Source: Octopus sinensis (lineage: Eukaryota). From it: a stretch of DNA of 64,000 nt. The notes under the pieces were generated by a model. The model was not told the DNA's origin. It saw only the letters and a program-made list of their open reading frames with translations, and did not search any database. How positions within the stretch are numbered: position 1 is the first letter of the stretch; every line of letters begins with the position of its first letter. The stretch covers positions 87,296,001-87,360,000 of the forward strand of contig NC_043003.1 in assembly GCF_006345805.1 (NCBI RefSeq), in the 5' to 3' direction. Below, piece after piece: positions 38,886-52,625 of the stretch. Made by a program: the position numbers and the translations under genes.

Positions 38886-39802
38886 GTTTACTTTTTTCAT
38901 AACTTGACCATACAATACACATCAGATGAGTTAATACTGCTTGTTGCCTCATGTTCGAAATTCAAATAACATCAATATTCTTTTGTCTTAAGAAACTGGA
39001 AGTCATGGCAACTCACTCTACAACTTGTCCCTTTTTTTTTTTTTTTTTACCAAAAATAACACAAAAAAAAAAATTTTTTTAATTGCCTTGGGTCTATGTC
39101 CCCACCAAAAGTGACTTAATTTTCAGGAATCTTGATTTTATATTCCAAATAAATTTTAAATTGGATGAAGATGCTCTTGAGTCGATGCAAGACTGCAACC
39201 TTTGCAATTTTGCATTCCTTTCTCTGCAACTATTAAAATTTTTTTTTTTTTTTTCTGCTTTCATTAAAATTGGCTTGAGTCGATAAAAAAAAAATGTTTT
39301 CCCTTTTTGCCCTAACCAACTGAATAAACATTTTTCCTTTATTTATTTATTTATTTTTTTTATATAATCATGAATTCAAAACATTGCAGTGTTTAAACGT
39401 CTTACCTGATAATCAAATGGTTTTTCTTTTTAATTGATATTTTGAAACCAAATACTAATTGTGTTTTTCCAAAATACTAATAAACCTTCCCTCCCTGGGT
39501 ATTAGTTTGCTTAAGAATCCTGTATATAATTGTACTACATCAGTAAGCAAAATTACTTGGAATTGTTTCAAATGGCATGAAGAGGGTAATATCATGGTAA
39601 TTTTGGCATTATTCTTATTTCTGGCTCTTAGTGTTCTTGATTTTGTAATCCTCCCATGGTCAATATTGCTTTTCTCCCTTTGTGGTCAATGAAGTACCAA
39701 ACGAGTGCTACTGGTGGTGGGAGGGGGGATTTAAATTAACTATTCTCATCTCAAAAATACTGGCCTTGTGCCTAAATTAGAAATGATTTGACAGAATTGT
39801 TA

Positions 39803-39974
39803 GGTGCAGGCGTGGCTGTGTGGTAAGAAGCTTGCCTCCCAACCACATGGTTCCAAGTTCAGTCCCACTGTGTGGTATCTTGAGCAAGTCTTCTATAGCC
39901 TCAGGCTGACCAAAACCTTGAATGCTTTTAGTTGACAGAAACTGAAAGAAGCCCGTTGTATGTGTGTGTGTGTG

Positions 39975-40038
<64 letters not shown>

Positions 40039-40260
40039 CATACATACATACATACATATAGATGATGATATATATATATATATGTGTGCGTGTGTGTCTT
40101 TGTGTCTGTGTTTGTCTCCCCCACCACCGCTTAATAGAATAAGTACCAGGATTTAAAAAAAAATATGTTCTGATGTGGATTTGTTTGATTAAAACCCTTC
40201 AAAGCAGTGCCCCAGCATGGCTACAGTCAAATGACAGAAACAAGTAAAAGATAAAGGATA
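39803..40260 (+). mobile_element. SINE family A
   Basis: Same head, body and tail with an expanded internal microsatellite. Confidence 0.8.
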
Positions 40261-43200
40261 AAATGATGCTGGATGAAATACTTAGTGATATTTCATCTCT
40301 CGCTATGTTCAAATTCTGCTGCTGTCAACTTTGCCTCCCATTCTCTCAGGGTTGATGAAATAATTACCAGTCAAGTGCTGGGTTCAGTGTAATTGACTAG
40401 TCCTCCCCTCCAATATCAGGTCTTGTGCCTATAGTAGAAAGGATTATTATTATTATTAAATAGCAATGGTGAAGATGGATTATTGTATCCAGTTTTGCCC
40501 TGTAGTGTCTGAATTAACAATTTGCTATTGATGACTTACTTTTCCTATCTTTAAAATCAATAAAATGGTAATAATATATTAACCTTCAGCCTGTTAACTG
40601 TAACTCCTGTTTCAACAAACAATGTTTTGCTTAAGGAAGTAGTGCCATTGAAAGAATTAAGTTTGTGACATTTAAGTACCAAATCAAATACTTTCTAGCC
40701 ATAGTTTTGCACCCTTCAAATTACTCCAGGAATGAGTAAAATGGATATAACTAATGTACTGATATTAAAACAACCTATGGTGTCCTTTTAAAAGGTGGAC
40801 TTTGTGCTTATGTAAAATATTAAAATTAGCAAATTAAACAAATAATGATATAATAATAAAGATTTTCTATTCTTAGTAGTAAGCAAATACATGATATTAA
40901 TTTCTCTTCTAATCAACTTTGCCTTTTATATTTAAATATATTAATAGGTGTGTATATGTATGTGTGTATTATTATTATTATATGTAAATATTGATATCAT
41001 AAGAATTTAGAAACTTTGAGAAAGTGTGAAATATTTTTTTTAAAATCTTTTTGAAACGATGGAATTTGAAATAGTAAAGCTTTAGATGATAATGTACAGA
41101 TATTGAGTTTCACAGTTTATAAAAGTCATCACTTCATCAAGAAGGCTTTTATTTGTTCTTTCCTTGTCTTGCAAAATTACTTGGCAACCTTACTCTTGCT
41201 GATATCACAAACGATACTCCCACTACACACTGTAAAGTAATCTGCATTAAAACCCAAAGAATCCATGCCAGAGCCAACACTGGAGCTCAATGCAGCCCGC
41301 TAGCTTGCTGGATCCTATCAAACCATCCAACCCATCAAGGCATGGAAGATAGACTGTTGGATGGTTGGTGTTAGGAAGGGCATCCAGCTGTAAACACCAT
41401 GCCAGAACACACTGAAGCCTGGTGCAGTCTTCTTCCTAGCCAGCTCCTGTCAAATCGTCCAACCCATATCAGCATGGAAAGCAGATGTCATGATGATATA
41501 TATATATATATCATCATCATTGACTGCACATATTCTATATGTGTTTTGCTGGTGTGGTGTGGATGACTCTCTCGAAGTGTTGGATGGGTGTTAAAACACC
41601 TAAAATCGTAGACAGACAAGACAATTCATCTTTTGACTATATTTCCCATCATTTTAGTGTTTTTGAACAACATTTATTAAAATAGAAGTATTCAGAACAC
41701 AGAATAACAAAAAAAATTCGCAAACATATTTATATTCCCATATAACAGTTGAGAACATCATTACTGTACTACACATACGCAGAAGTGTTTGTTTGACTAG
41801 GTGCTGCTGGCTTAATTACGCATGACTCAAGTTAGAGAAGGAGTGCGTATTATACACAAGGTTTAGGTTTTTCAGAGGCACAGCCCCCTAAAAATCCCCT
41901 GCGGACTATACGTGAAGATTTACGGTACTATTGAGTAATGAAGCTTATTGGGCAACTCTGAGCTTTGTTAGCCTTGCAGATCTGAATTTACTGTCATGTG
42001 AATGCAATTGTAAAGAGAGGTTTCTGATTTAGCTGATTTGACATCTAACAATAACTTGAGCCTTTTGTGGTTCTCCTGTATTCCAAATGATTATGAATTT
42101 GTATCACCAATATAAGTGACCCGAGTATAATATCCAAGCCAATGAAAGAGCCTCTATGTCAGGCATGGGCAACATTTTTCAAGAAGTGGGCCACATGAGA
42201 CATAGTTCATCATCAGGTGGAGCTGCACTCCTAAAAAGATTTGAAGGTAATTTTTCATTAAGCATGCCATTCAGAAAGTACTACAGGCCACAGTTTGCTC
42301 GTGTTTGTCCTCTGGTTGTTCAATCTGCTAGAAAATAGCAGCTAAATTCCTTCACATCACACCACTACTTTCTTAAGGATGGAAGGGACACATTTCTTGA
42401 TAGTGCTCTAGATATCTCTTACAAAGCTGGGTTGGTCACTGCTGGAATTGGTTATGTCTGCTCAATCACTGCTGACCTGAGGCTAAGCAGCAACGATTCC
42501 TGTATCATAATATTGATTGTTCATATTGAGGGATGCATGGCAACGTCAATTTTACTGGGATTTATGACTTCTTTTGAGGGCTTTCAGATATTTCTGCACT
42601 TCATGGTTTCAGTAAATATGTCTAAAATGGGTGAAGCAACCAGTCTTGCTAATATTACTTGAATTTCTGTTCTATATTCTTTCTTATAAGCAGATTTTAT
42701 ATCAGCATCGGTTTATTTCATTTTCAAATGTTATTCTATCTGGCTTTAAACTTTCTTTGCTTATTTTTCAATTCTTTTTTGTTTTTTTTTAATTTATTCT
42801 CTCATGTTTTCAGTGTAAACTGATTTACCATATTTAATGACAAAATACCGATAATAATCTTCAGTTTTTGTGATGATATATTCCCTTCCTCAAATACTTT
42901 AAATGTAACTTTATACGAGTTGTCATTCCTGGCCTTAAGGAGTAGCAAATTTTCACCACATACTTTAAAAATTCATGCACATTTATAATTATTATCACTA
43001 TCATAGTTAATAATACAAATCATTTTTTCATTGTCTAGTTATTCTTGTATCAGGAAACAAGAAAATATTACTTTAGCAAAAAAAAATTGCTTCTTTGTTT
43101 ATATTTTGAATCAATAAAAAAATGTTTGAGATTTTTCTGCCTCTCATTGGAATGGGGCTTCAGCTTTAACACTAATGCTTTTTTGTTGAACTAACAAGTT

Positions 43201-43327
43201 ATGTATACAATATTTACAAACTATAAAAAAAAATTTATTTGTTTTAAGAAAAAGGATTCCATCCCTTTTTAAGTGGGCGGGGCTTATACTAACCCTTTTT
43301 CCATTTTTTTTTTAAATAAAAAAACAA

Positions 43328-43768
43328 GTGCAGATGTAACTATGTGGTTGTGAGGAGTTTGCTTCTCAGCCATATGGTCTAGTGGTCAGTCTCACTGTGC
43401 GACACCTTGGGCAGGTGTCTTCTCTTAAAGCTCCAGGTCAACCAAAGCCTTATGAGTAGATTTGGTAAGCAGAAACTGAAAGAAGCCCATAGTGTTCGTG
43501 TACATGTGTGTGTGTCTCTGTGTGTGTGTGAATGTACATACCCATGTCTTGATATTGTGCTGGTTGTAAACAAGCACTACTGTCATACAAGTGATGTTGT
43601 TCGTTTCCAGTCTTCCATGAAAAACATGTCTGGCCATGGGAAAATATTACCTTGCATATAAACAGGTAAGGGTTGGCAACAGGAGGAGCATCCAGTCATA
43701 GAAAATCTGCCTTTACAGATTCCATCTGACCCATGCAAGCATGGAAAAGTGGACGTTAAATGATGACG
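43328..43768 (+). mobile_element. SINE with family-A head and RTE-like (GAT)n tail
   Basis: A-type head, then ...ccatgcaagcatggaaaagtggacgttaaatgatga; relatives at ~25560-26010, 33330-33725, 49920-50340(-). Confidence 0.72.
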
Positions 43769-43844
43769 AAACAAAAGAAAATATTAAAAAAGAGAAATTG
43801 TTCTAATATTCTGTATTTTTTCTTTTTCATTTGCCAATTTTCAG

Positions 43845-43953
43845 ACCACAGAGGTTATGTACAACCAGTCCAAAGACCTACTGATGGTACGACTGAATTT
43901 CACCCTTCTGGACCAAATACTGAAGTTGAATATTTTTTTGCTTCTGATGCCAG
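43845..43953 (+). CDS. GFPT: GFAT exon 9
   Basis: ttcag|...|gtaaat; DHRGYVQPVQRPTDGTTEFHPSGPNTEVEYFFASDAS. Confidence 0.96.
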
Positions 43954-44908
43954 GTAAATATGTTTTTGAAATAATATAAAATATCTCCTGCCTACACTTT
44001 TGCAACCCCCACCACCTTCTACTACTCCTCCTACCTGAGGTGCCTCCTGGACATCTCATCACCACTGTCTATCTCCTTAGGGATACCACCAATTCATTCT
44101 TATTCTCTCTCCTAAATGTGAGCAAACATGTAGCTCCTCTACATGACGAACCTGCTTTATCCCAACCTCATACCTTAACTCCTATTTAATATTAAAACAC
44201 AACACCTTCACCCTCTTTGTGTTTGTAGGTTTGTGAGCTATATGGTGACCTCAATAGTGCCAGTGACATCCCTCCCTCTCTTTCGGAGAGGCACAAGCAC
44301 CTACACGCACATATACACACACGGCAGTAACTTCCGCCTGCTGAATTCAGTCACAAAGCTTCGGTCAGCTCGGGGCTATAGCAGAAGACACCTACCCAAA
44401 GTGCCACGCAGTGGGACTGAACCCGAAACCATGTAGCTAGGAAGCAAGCTCCCTAACCACACAGCCATGCCGAAAGCAAATAGTATGCACTGTAAAGTGG
44501 TTGGTGTTAGGAAGAGCATCTATCTGTAGAATCGATGCCAAAGCAGACACTGGAGCATTGCTGTCTCCAAACTTTTGTTACTGTATGTACGTAGATGGAT
44601 GTGTGTTGAATGATGGTAAGAGCATTTGCAGGACATTTGTGGAGGGTGGGTATCATGGATAGTGTCTTCATGGAAAGACTATGATCTTTCTTATTGCTAT
44701 ATTTTATTGGTATTTTTATTTTATAACTGTCTATACCTTTCATTCTTATCTCTTGTATGCCATAAGAATAAAGAATTCATCCATAGACACACTTATTCTC
44801 ACACACATGCCCACACACATAAATGATATCCATATACTTGTATGCACATAAATACTTACATACATGACTGACTGTATAATTGTATACACACATACACACC
44901 CTTATATG

Positions 44909-44940
<32 letters not shown>

Positions 44941-44942
<2 letters not shown>

Positions 44943-45328
44943 CGCAGGAGTTGCTAACTAACCACATAGTTCCGGGTTCAGTCCCACTGCGTGGCATCTT
45001 GGGCAAGTGTCTTCTGCTATAGCCCCGGGCCGACCAATGCCTTGTGAGTGGATTTGGTAGACGGAAACTGAAAGAAGCCTGTCGTATATATGTATATATA
45101 TATGTGTGTGTGTGTCTGTGTTTGTCCCCCTAGCATTGCTTGACAACCGATGCTGGTGTGTTTACGTCCCCGTCACTTAGCGGTTTGGCAAAAGAGACCG
45201 ATAGAATAAGTACTGGGCTTACAAAGAATAAGTCCCGGGGTCGATTTGCTCGACTAAAGGCGGTGCTCCAGCATGGCTGCAGTCAAATGACTGAAACAAG
45301 TAAAAGAGTAAAGAGAGAGTAAAAGAGA
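44941..45328 (+). mobile_element. SINE family A (young, head deletion)
   Basis: Same family. Confidence 0.85.
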
Positions 45329-45546
45329 TATGAGGGGATTCTGAAAAGTTCCTGGCTTTGGGTAAAAGAAAATCTGGGAGGATTAGTTAATTATGATTTT
45401 ATTCAACATATTCTTCTCTCAAATTCGCACACTTATAGCAGCAGTCCTTCAGTTTTTGTAATCTTTTTAAAAGGATATTGTTAAAGACTTCCAACCAGAC
45501 CTTTAGCAATATCCTTAAAGCCAGAAACATTGCAGCACCACTTTAT
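45329..45546 (-). mobile_element. Mariner-derived MITE, second copy
   Basis: Reverse complement of 27372-27590. Confidence 0.65.
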
Positions 45547-46619
45547 ATATGTAAAGGGTAAAGAGCTCCTCTGGTCATGAATGACCATGGGATTGCAGCT
45601 TGAAAATTACCCTTTGAAGTACAAGTCTGGGTAAGGTTGTTTATTGAAGACTAGAATTCACCCATGCATACTAGCCTCCCCTTTCCATGCTACTGATGTT
45701 ATCCAAGAGAAAGGCAAAGGCTGTTACAGCTTGGCACCAGTGATGTCACAACTCATTTCTACTGATAAGTGAACTGGAGCAACATGGAATAAAGTATTCT
45801 GCTCAAAAACACAACACACAGCCCAGACTAGAAATCATACTTACCACAGCCTGATGCTCTAGCCAATGATCTATGTGCCTTCACTTGTATACATATAGTA
45901 TATATGTATATTTACATGCACTCACACTCTAGTCTACCTACCCATATAATGATTCCAGTGTATACAAGTTCAGGGTTTGTAGTGGAGTTATTGGTATATC
46001 TTCAATATTATTTTTATGTTTACCAATACATACTTTCTATCCTATAAGTCTGTAAGAGTCATTCCAAAATAGACACAGAGCTAAAACCAGGTGAAGTAGG
46101 AAACAGTTAACCACATCAACCATGGTACCTAATTGGAACCTTTTCTAATGAATTCATACCTGGCTACATATACACACTGGCAGAAGGATTGATGCCTGTG
46201 TGTTAGTAGCAAAAGGAGTGGTGTCGTTCTTATTTCTTACATATTGGTGTTCTGTTACATGTATGGTTTCATATATCTCTCACAAGGTTGCGTCATGTGG
46301 ATGATGCAACATTAGGAATAAGTGAACAGGAATCACACTCCAGTTCTCTTGTCAGACACACACACACACACACGCGCACACGCACACACATGCTCAGTTG
46401 GCAAAAATGAGTAGTATCTGTATTTCAAAAGGGCAAGCCTTGTTACACTCTGTGCCATGCTGAATCGCTCTGAGAACTATATTAAAGATACACGTGTCTG
46501 TGGAGTGCTCAGCCACTTGCACATTAATTTCACAAGCTGGCTGTTCTGTTGATTGGATTAAATGGAACCCTTGCCGTAATTGACGGAGTGTCAGTGTGTA
46601 TGTATGTATGCATGCGTGC

Positions 46620-46650
<31 letters not shown>

Positions 46651-46737
46651 TATAAATTAGAGATAAAACCATCATTAGGCAAATCAAACAGTGACAGACA
46701 TAAACCAAAACATAAAAAACAAAAAAAAAAATGATAT

Positions 46738-46807
<70 letters not shown>

Positions 46808-47052
46808 GCCTTGTGAGTGGATTTGGTGGATGGAAACTGAAAGGAACCTGTCGTGTGTGTGTGTGTGTATATATATATTGTATATTATATTTATTTTTTG
46901 TTTTTTATGTTTTGGTTTATGTCTATCACTGTTTGAGTTGCCTAATAGTGGTTTTATCTCTAATTTATTTATATATTTATACTGTCAAATTTGATTTACT
47001 CCTAAATCTAATTTTTCCCTGTACGTTTGGATATACTTCCTAATATTATTAT

Positions 47053-47086
<34 letters not shown>

Positions 47087-47441
47087 TGCATGACAGGTTT
47101 CTTTCAATTTCCATCCACCAAATCCACTCACAAGGCTTTGGTCAACCCAAGACTATAGTAGAAAACATTTTCCCATGGTACCATGTAGTGGGTTTGAATC
47201 CTGTGTGTGTGAATGTCTCTTTGTCTTGACATGATGTAATAGTTGTAAATGATTGTCACCATCATGCAAACGGTGTCCTTCATTTCTCAGCCTTCTGTGA
47301 AAACATGACTATTCATGGAAAAATATTACCTTCCTTAGAAATGTCTTGGAGTTGGCAACAGAAAACCCGCTACAACAAATTCTATCTGATCTATGCGAGC
47401 ATGGAAAAAGTTGCTGTTAAAACAACAATGATGTTTTAACA

Positions 47442-47603
47442 GCGCAGGAGTGGCTGTGTGGTAAGTAGCTTGCTAACCAACCACATGGTTCCGGGTTCAG
47501 TCCCACTGCGTGGCATCTTGGACAAGTGTCTTCTGCTATAGCCCCGGACCGACCAATACCTTGTGAGTGGATTTGGTAGACGGAAACTGAAAGAAGCCTG
47601 TCG

Positions 47604-47701
<98 letters not shown>

Positions 47702-47913
47702 TTATGTATCTGTGTTTGTCCCCCTAGCATTGCTTGACAACCGATGCTGGTGTGTTTACGTCCCCGTCACTTAGCGGTTCGGCAAAAGAGACCGATAGAA
47801 TAAGTACTGGGCTTACAAAGAATAAGTCCTGGGGTCGATTTGCTTGACTAAAGGCAGTGCTCCAGCATGGCTGCAGTCAAATGACTGAAACAAGTAAAAG
47901 AGAGAGTAAAGAG
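47442..47913 (+). mobile_element. SINE family A (young), abutting the exon 10 acceptor
   Basis: Complete head to tail; ends ~30 nt before the AG at 47945. Confidence 0.87.
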
Positions 47914-47945
47914 ATGACATTTTTTCTTTGTTTTTTTGTCTACAG

Positions 47946-48109
47946 TGCCATAATTGAACACACCAACAAAGTGATCTTCCTTGAGGATGATGATGTAGCT
48001 GCAGTTGCTAATGGTTGTTTAAGTATTCATCGTATCAAGCGCAACTTGGATGACAACAAGGTCCGGGAAGTGATAACTTTGAAGATGGAAATTCAAGAAA
48101 TCATGAAAG
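47946..48109 (+). CDS. GFPT: GFAT exon 10
   Basis: tacag|...|gtttgt; [55 protein letters not shown]. Confidence 0.97.
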
Positions 48110-48318
48110 GTTTGTAAAATTAACAATTGCATCCACACAACTTAAAAATGGTATCTTTGGTGTCTTCGTTTCTTTCCTTGATTCTCTATGTCTATAAGAT
48201 ATGTAAAGTAACCGCATCACTATTGTGGTCATAGATACATACAACTTAAATGGTGTTTTTGTTGCTTTCTTTCTCTGTACATCTATCTTGTCTCTCTGTG
48301 TTTGTATGTTCATATAAT

Positions 48319-49038
48319 ATAATAATGATAATAATGAAATTATTGTATACAGTGCTCAGGTCCACCAAAACTTGTCAAAAGTGTGTATAAAGCATATGCA
48401 GTAATGTACAAATGTCTGGAAAGCGAACAGTGTATGAGTCAAATACATGCTTGCGTGTGTATGGAGGGGAGAAAATCAGCTGTAGTTTTGGCGAATCTCA
48501 GGAAGCATGGAAGTTTTGAAGGATGCAGTGCTCAGACAACTAACAACTGATGCCGGCAGTTTGTTCCATAAATACCTTTCTTTTCTTTTATCCTCTATTT
48601 TCTTCTAGTAGAAGATTGTTTTATAGAAAAATAAACTATAAATCAGCAGATGTCTTGATCAGACCCCAGTCCACAAGACAAATCTGTACATACCATCTTA
48701 CAAACAATAACTCTGAGCACCTTTTCAAACTCCACCTGTCTAACCCCCGTGGACATGTTTACAAAATTCTAAAACAGCACAGCTCCCATGACTTTAGGAA
48801 ACATTTTTTCAAGCTGAGAGTTGCTGAAGCATGGAACAGACTGCCGGCATCAGTTGTTAGTTGTTGGAGCACTGCATCCTTTAAAACTTCCATGCTTCCT
48901 GAGATTCGCCAACACTACACCTGATTTTCTCCCCTCCATACACATGCAAGCATGTATCTGACTCATACACTGTTCGCTGTTTGACAAGTTGTGGTGCACC
49001 TGAGCACTGTATACAATAATTTCATTATTATTATTATT
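48319..49038. mobile_element. Inverted pair of CR1 3' ends (48319-48568 minus; 48711-49038 plus)
   Basis: Both copies match the CR1 family above, in opposite orientations. Confidence 0.85.
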
Positions 49039-49635
49039 GAGTGAGCGAGCAGAGCATGCCATCAAAGTGACACTGGGGTAAAATATACGAAGCCCAGTAT
49101 ACCCATCATGACTACCCGTCTGATAAGGGTACACCAGGCACATGCATCACAACCATATGTGCGCGACATGGTGATCTCATATCAAGATAAACAGCACATG
49201 ACCTTGCAGGTGGAGCCCAGTTAGAATTTTCTTCAGATCGAGTAACCCATCCCGCTCAAAAGGTCCCTGAATAAGGGTTGTTTAAGGACGTTGAACGAAA
49301 CACCCATGTTTCCAGAGGTGAATTATTCAAACCCCAAAGAATCCTTCTCAACACATGGCTATGATGCTCCCCCACTACTTCTGCTCGTGATCGGAGATGC
49401 ACATATCGTCAGCCACTAAGGGACATGCTCAACTGGTTAAGGTCAAACAACTGACAAGCAAATCTGTGGTATTGAGCAGAATATTTGCTGTAGCCCATCT
49501 TTTATACCAAGACAAAACAATGTACATGATAACACTTCCAATCAGTTAAGATCAGAAGCCATGAGAGCCACTGCCTGGTACTGCATCAGGGCATTTATTA
49601 TTATTATTATTATTATTATTTATTATTATTATTAT
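49039..49635 (+). mobile_element. Unclassified ~550-bp insertion with a long (TTA)n tail
   Basis: GC-richer block bounded by (ATT)n on both sides; no ORF recognised. Confidence 0.5.
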
Positions 49636-50291
49636 TATCCAACAGATAATTGGATGCAAATGGTGAAGTCTTCTTAAATCCTTATCAATGTGGCCGGTTT
49701 GACTTTGTTTTAAAGCAAATAAGATATTTGTTGCAATCAAAAACAATAATCAAAGGTTCTTCCTGGGCCATAAGCTTATGAGGCTAGTTTCCCAAATTCT
49801 GTGACCTATTCAACCAGTGGACATAATGTCAATCTGTCACAGGATTTTAATCAATAATCTTACTACCAGGGGCACAACACTCTAACCACTAAGCCATGCA
49901 CCCCCACACTTGTGACAATAGTCATCATTTTTATGCCCACTTTTCCATGCTTGGATGAATTAGATGAAATTAGTCGGGATAGATTTTCTATGGCTACCAC
50001 CAACCCTCACTGGTTTCCAAGCAAGGTAATATTTCCCCATGATTGGACATATTTCCGTGAAAGATGGGAAACAAAGAACACTGCTTGTATGATGGTGACA
50101 CTTGTTTTACAACTACTGTGCATTGTCAAGACAAAGAGATATAACCCCTCCATACACACACACACACACACACACATCTGATGGGTTTCTTTTATTTTCT
50201 GTTGATCAGATCCATTCACAAAGCTTTGGTCAGCCCAGTGTTATAGTAGAAGACACTTGATCATAATATCATGCTGTGGGATTGAACCTGA

Positions 50292-50618
<327 letters not shown>

Positions 50619-51379
50619 TAACATTTCCACTGCTAGAGTTTCATTTGACTGAATTAAATGGCCAAATAAATAAAACCCCTTTTTTTACTCAATAGGCTGT
50701 TGTTACTGTTTCTGCCTCTCTGTTTCTTTGTCACCCTCTAACGTTTCATCCTCTGACATGAGTTCCCCTCCTCAAATCCCTCTGCCCCTCTCATAATTCC
50801 TTGTTTTGCGAGTTACTTGATGACCCTGCCAATGCTGGTGCCATGTAAAACGCATCCAGTCCACACTGTAAAGTGGTTGGCATTTGGAGGGACATCCAGC
50901 TGTAAAAATAATCCCAAAACTAACCTTGCCTGTGCTAGTGCCACGTAAAAAGCACTGAGTCCACTCTCCAGAGTGGTTGGTGTTAGGAAGGGCATCCAAC
51001 CATAAAAACCCTGCCAAAACAATAGCATAGGGTAGTTTTTTTTTTACCTGGCCACATAAAAAGCACCTGTGTTGTGTAAAAGCACCCAGTACATCCTGCT
51101 GTTAGGAAGGGCTTCCAGCTGTAGAAACCATGCCAAAACAAGACATGGAGCTGGGGCAGCTCTCCAACTCACCAATTCCTATCAATCTGGTCCAACCTAT
51201 ACCAGCATGGAAAACAGACCTTAAATGATGATGATGATGTCGGTTAAAAACTTATTTCGATTTGTCAATAGGCCACTTATTATTGTTGGAGATGTGCACA
51301 ATTGCACCATCCAATCTAGGAATTGAAATCATGAATGCAACATCCTAATCAAAACACTTTATTTCACATTAATCCATTA

Positions 51380-52330
51380 ATACAATAACTTGATGATGAG
51401 ATTTACAGCAGTAAAGTTTATAACAGAGTGGCAACGGCTAGAAGTAAGTGTTGCAGCTGGATGCACGGTATCAGTCATCTTATTTGTGCTAGTCGTGGAG
51501 ATGTTACTAAGATCAACAAACTGTAAGAAATCTGATGCAAAGACACTTTTAAGGGCTTTTATGGACGACATTACTATATTATCAGAAAGTAGAGAAGCGG
51601 CAGATGGAACGTTAGAATGGTTGGACGAACGAATAGGATGGGTGAGAATGAAATTCAAAGCCAAAAAAAATCTTAAAGCATGGCTTTCGGGAAAGTCTTA
51701 AAAACAAGTGAAGTTCAGGATAGGAGGTGAAGATATACCAATGGTGAAAAACAACCAGTAAAGAATCTCAGCAGGTGATACAGAGATTAAATGATAAGAA
51801 GCAAAGCAAAGAAACACATGTTTTAGTGGCACAGAGACTAAAAGCAACTGACAGAACATTACCACAGAAATTCAAATGCTGGATTCTGCAATTTGGATTG
51901 TACCCAAGGATGATGTGGCCATTGCAAATGTACGAAATAGTCTCGAGTAGAGTAGAAAGGATAGAACAAAGATGCAGTGTGTTTATCAGAAAGTGGCTTG
52001 GTCTTCCAAAACCACTGAATACAACTGCACTATATAAAAAAAACCCCATGCTGTAAATACCAGTAACATCAATCACTGAAGAATATAAGGCAGGAAAAAC
52101 AAGGACAGTAATGATACTAAGGTATTTGAAAGATCAGAAACTTTTCATGGTTGCTTTACCTGCTAGAAATAGCAACCCAAATACTTTTAAATCAGATTCC
52201 CAATGTTGGATGTTCAAGAACCAAATGAAGGGCAGATTTTCAATCCCGAGATCTTCCCAATTCCAAAAGAGATACAGGGGTCCCAGACGAACGGAGAGAA
52301 TTTCACATTTATTAATATAGATTAATTGAA
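51380..52330 (+). mobile_element. Decayed non-LTR RT fragment, HERO/NeSL (R2-group)-like
   Basis: WQRLEVSVAAGCTVSVILFVL, RAFMDDITIL, RMKFKAKK, KFKCWILQFGLYPRMMWPLQMYEI..SRVE..RKWLGLP, EEYKAGK. Confidence 0.78.
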
Positions 52331-52625
52331 AAAGGACAGTGTATTTCAACAGAAATATTGTAACCAAACGGTTAAAAGAAGAAAAAAAAACGACTATTCG
52401 TTTGATTTTTTTTTTTTAATGAAATACATTTAGTGGCTTACTTACATCACACCCACATATATGTATTCTTAAATTATCATCTAATTTTTTTTGCGTTCAG
52501 AAATATATTAGGGTATAACATTAAAAAAGAAGCTTGTGCATTTATAAGATGCTGGTCATCTGAATGATAATGGCTTACACATATCTAATTGTCTAAAGTG
52601 AATTATTAATAAAATTAGAATTTTT

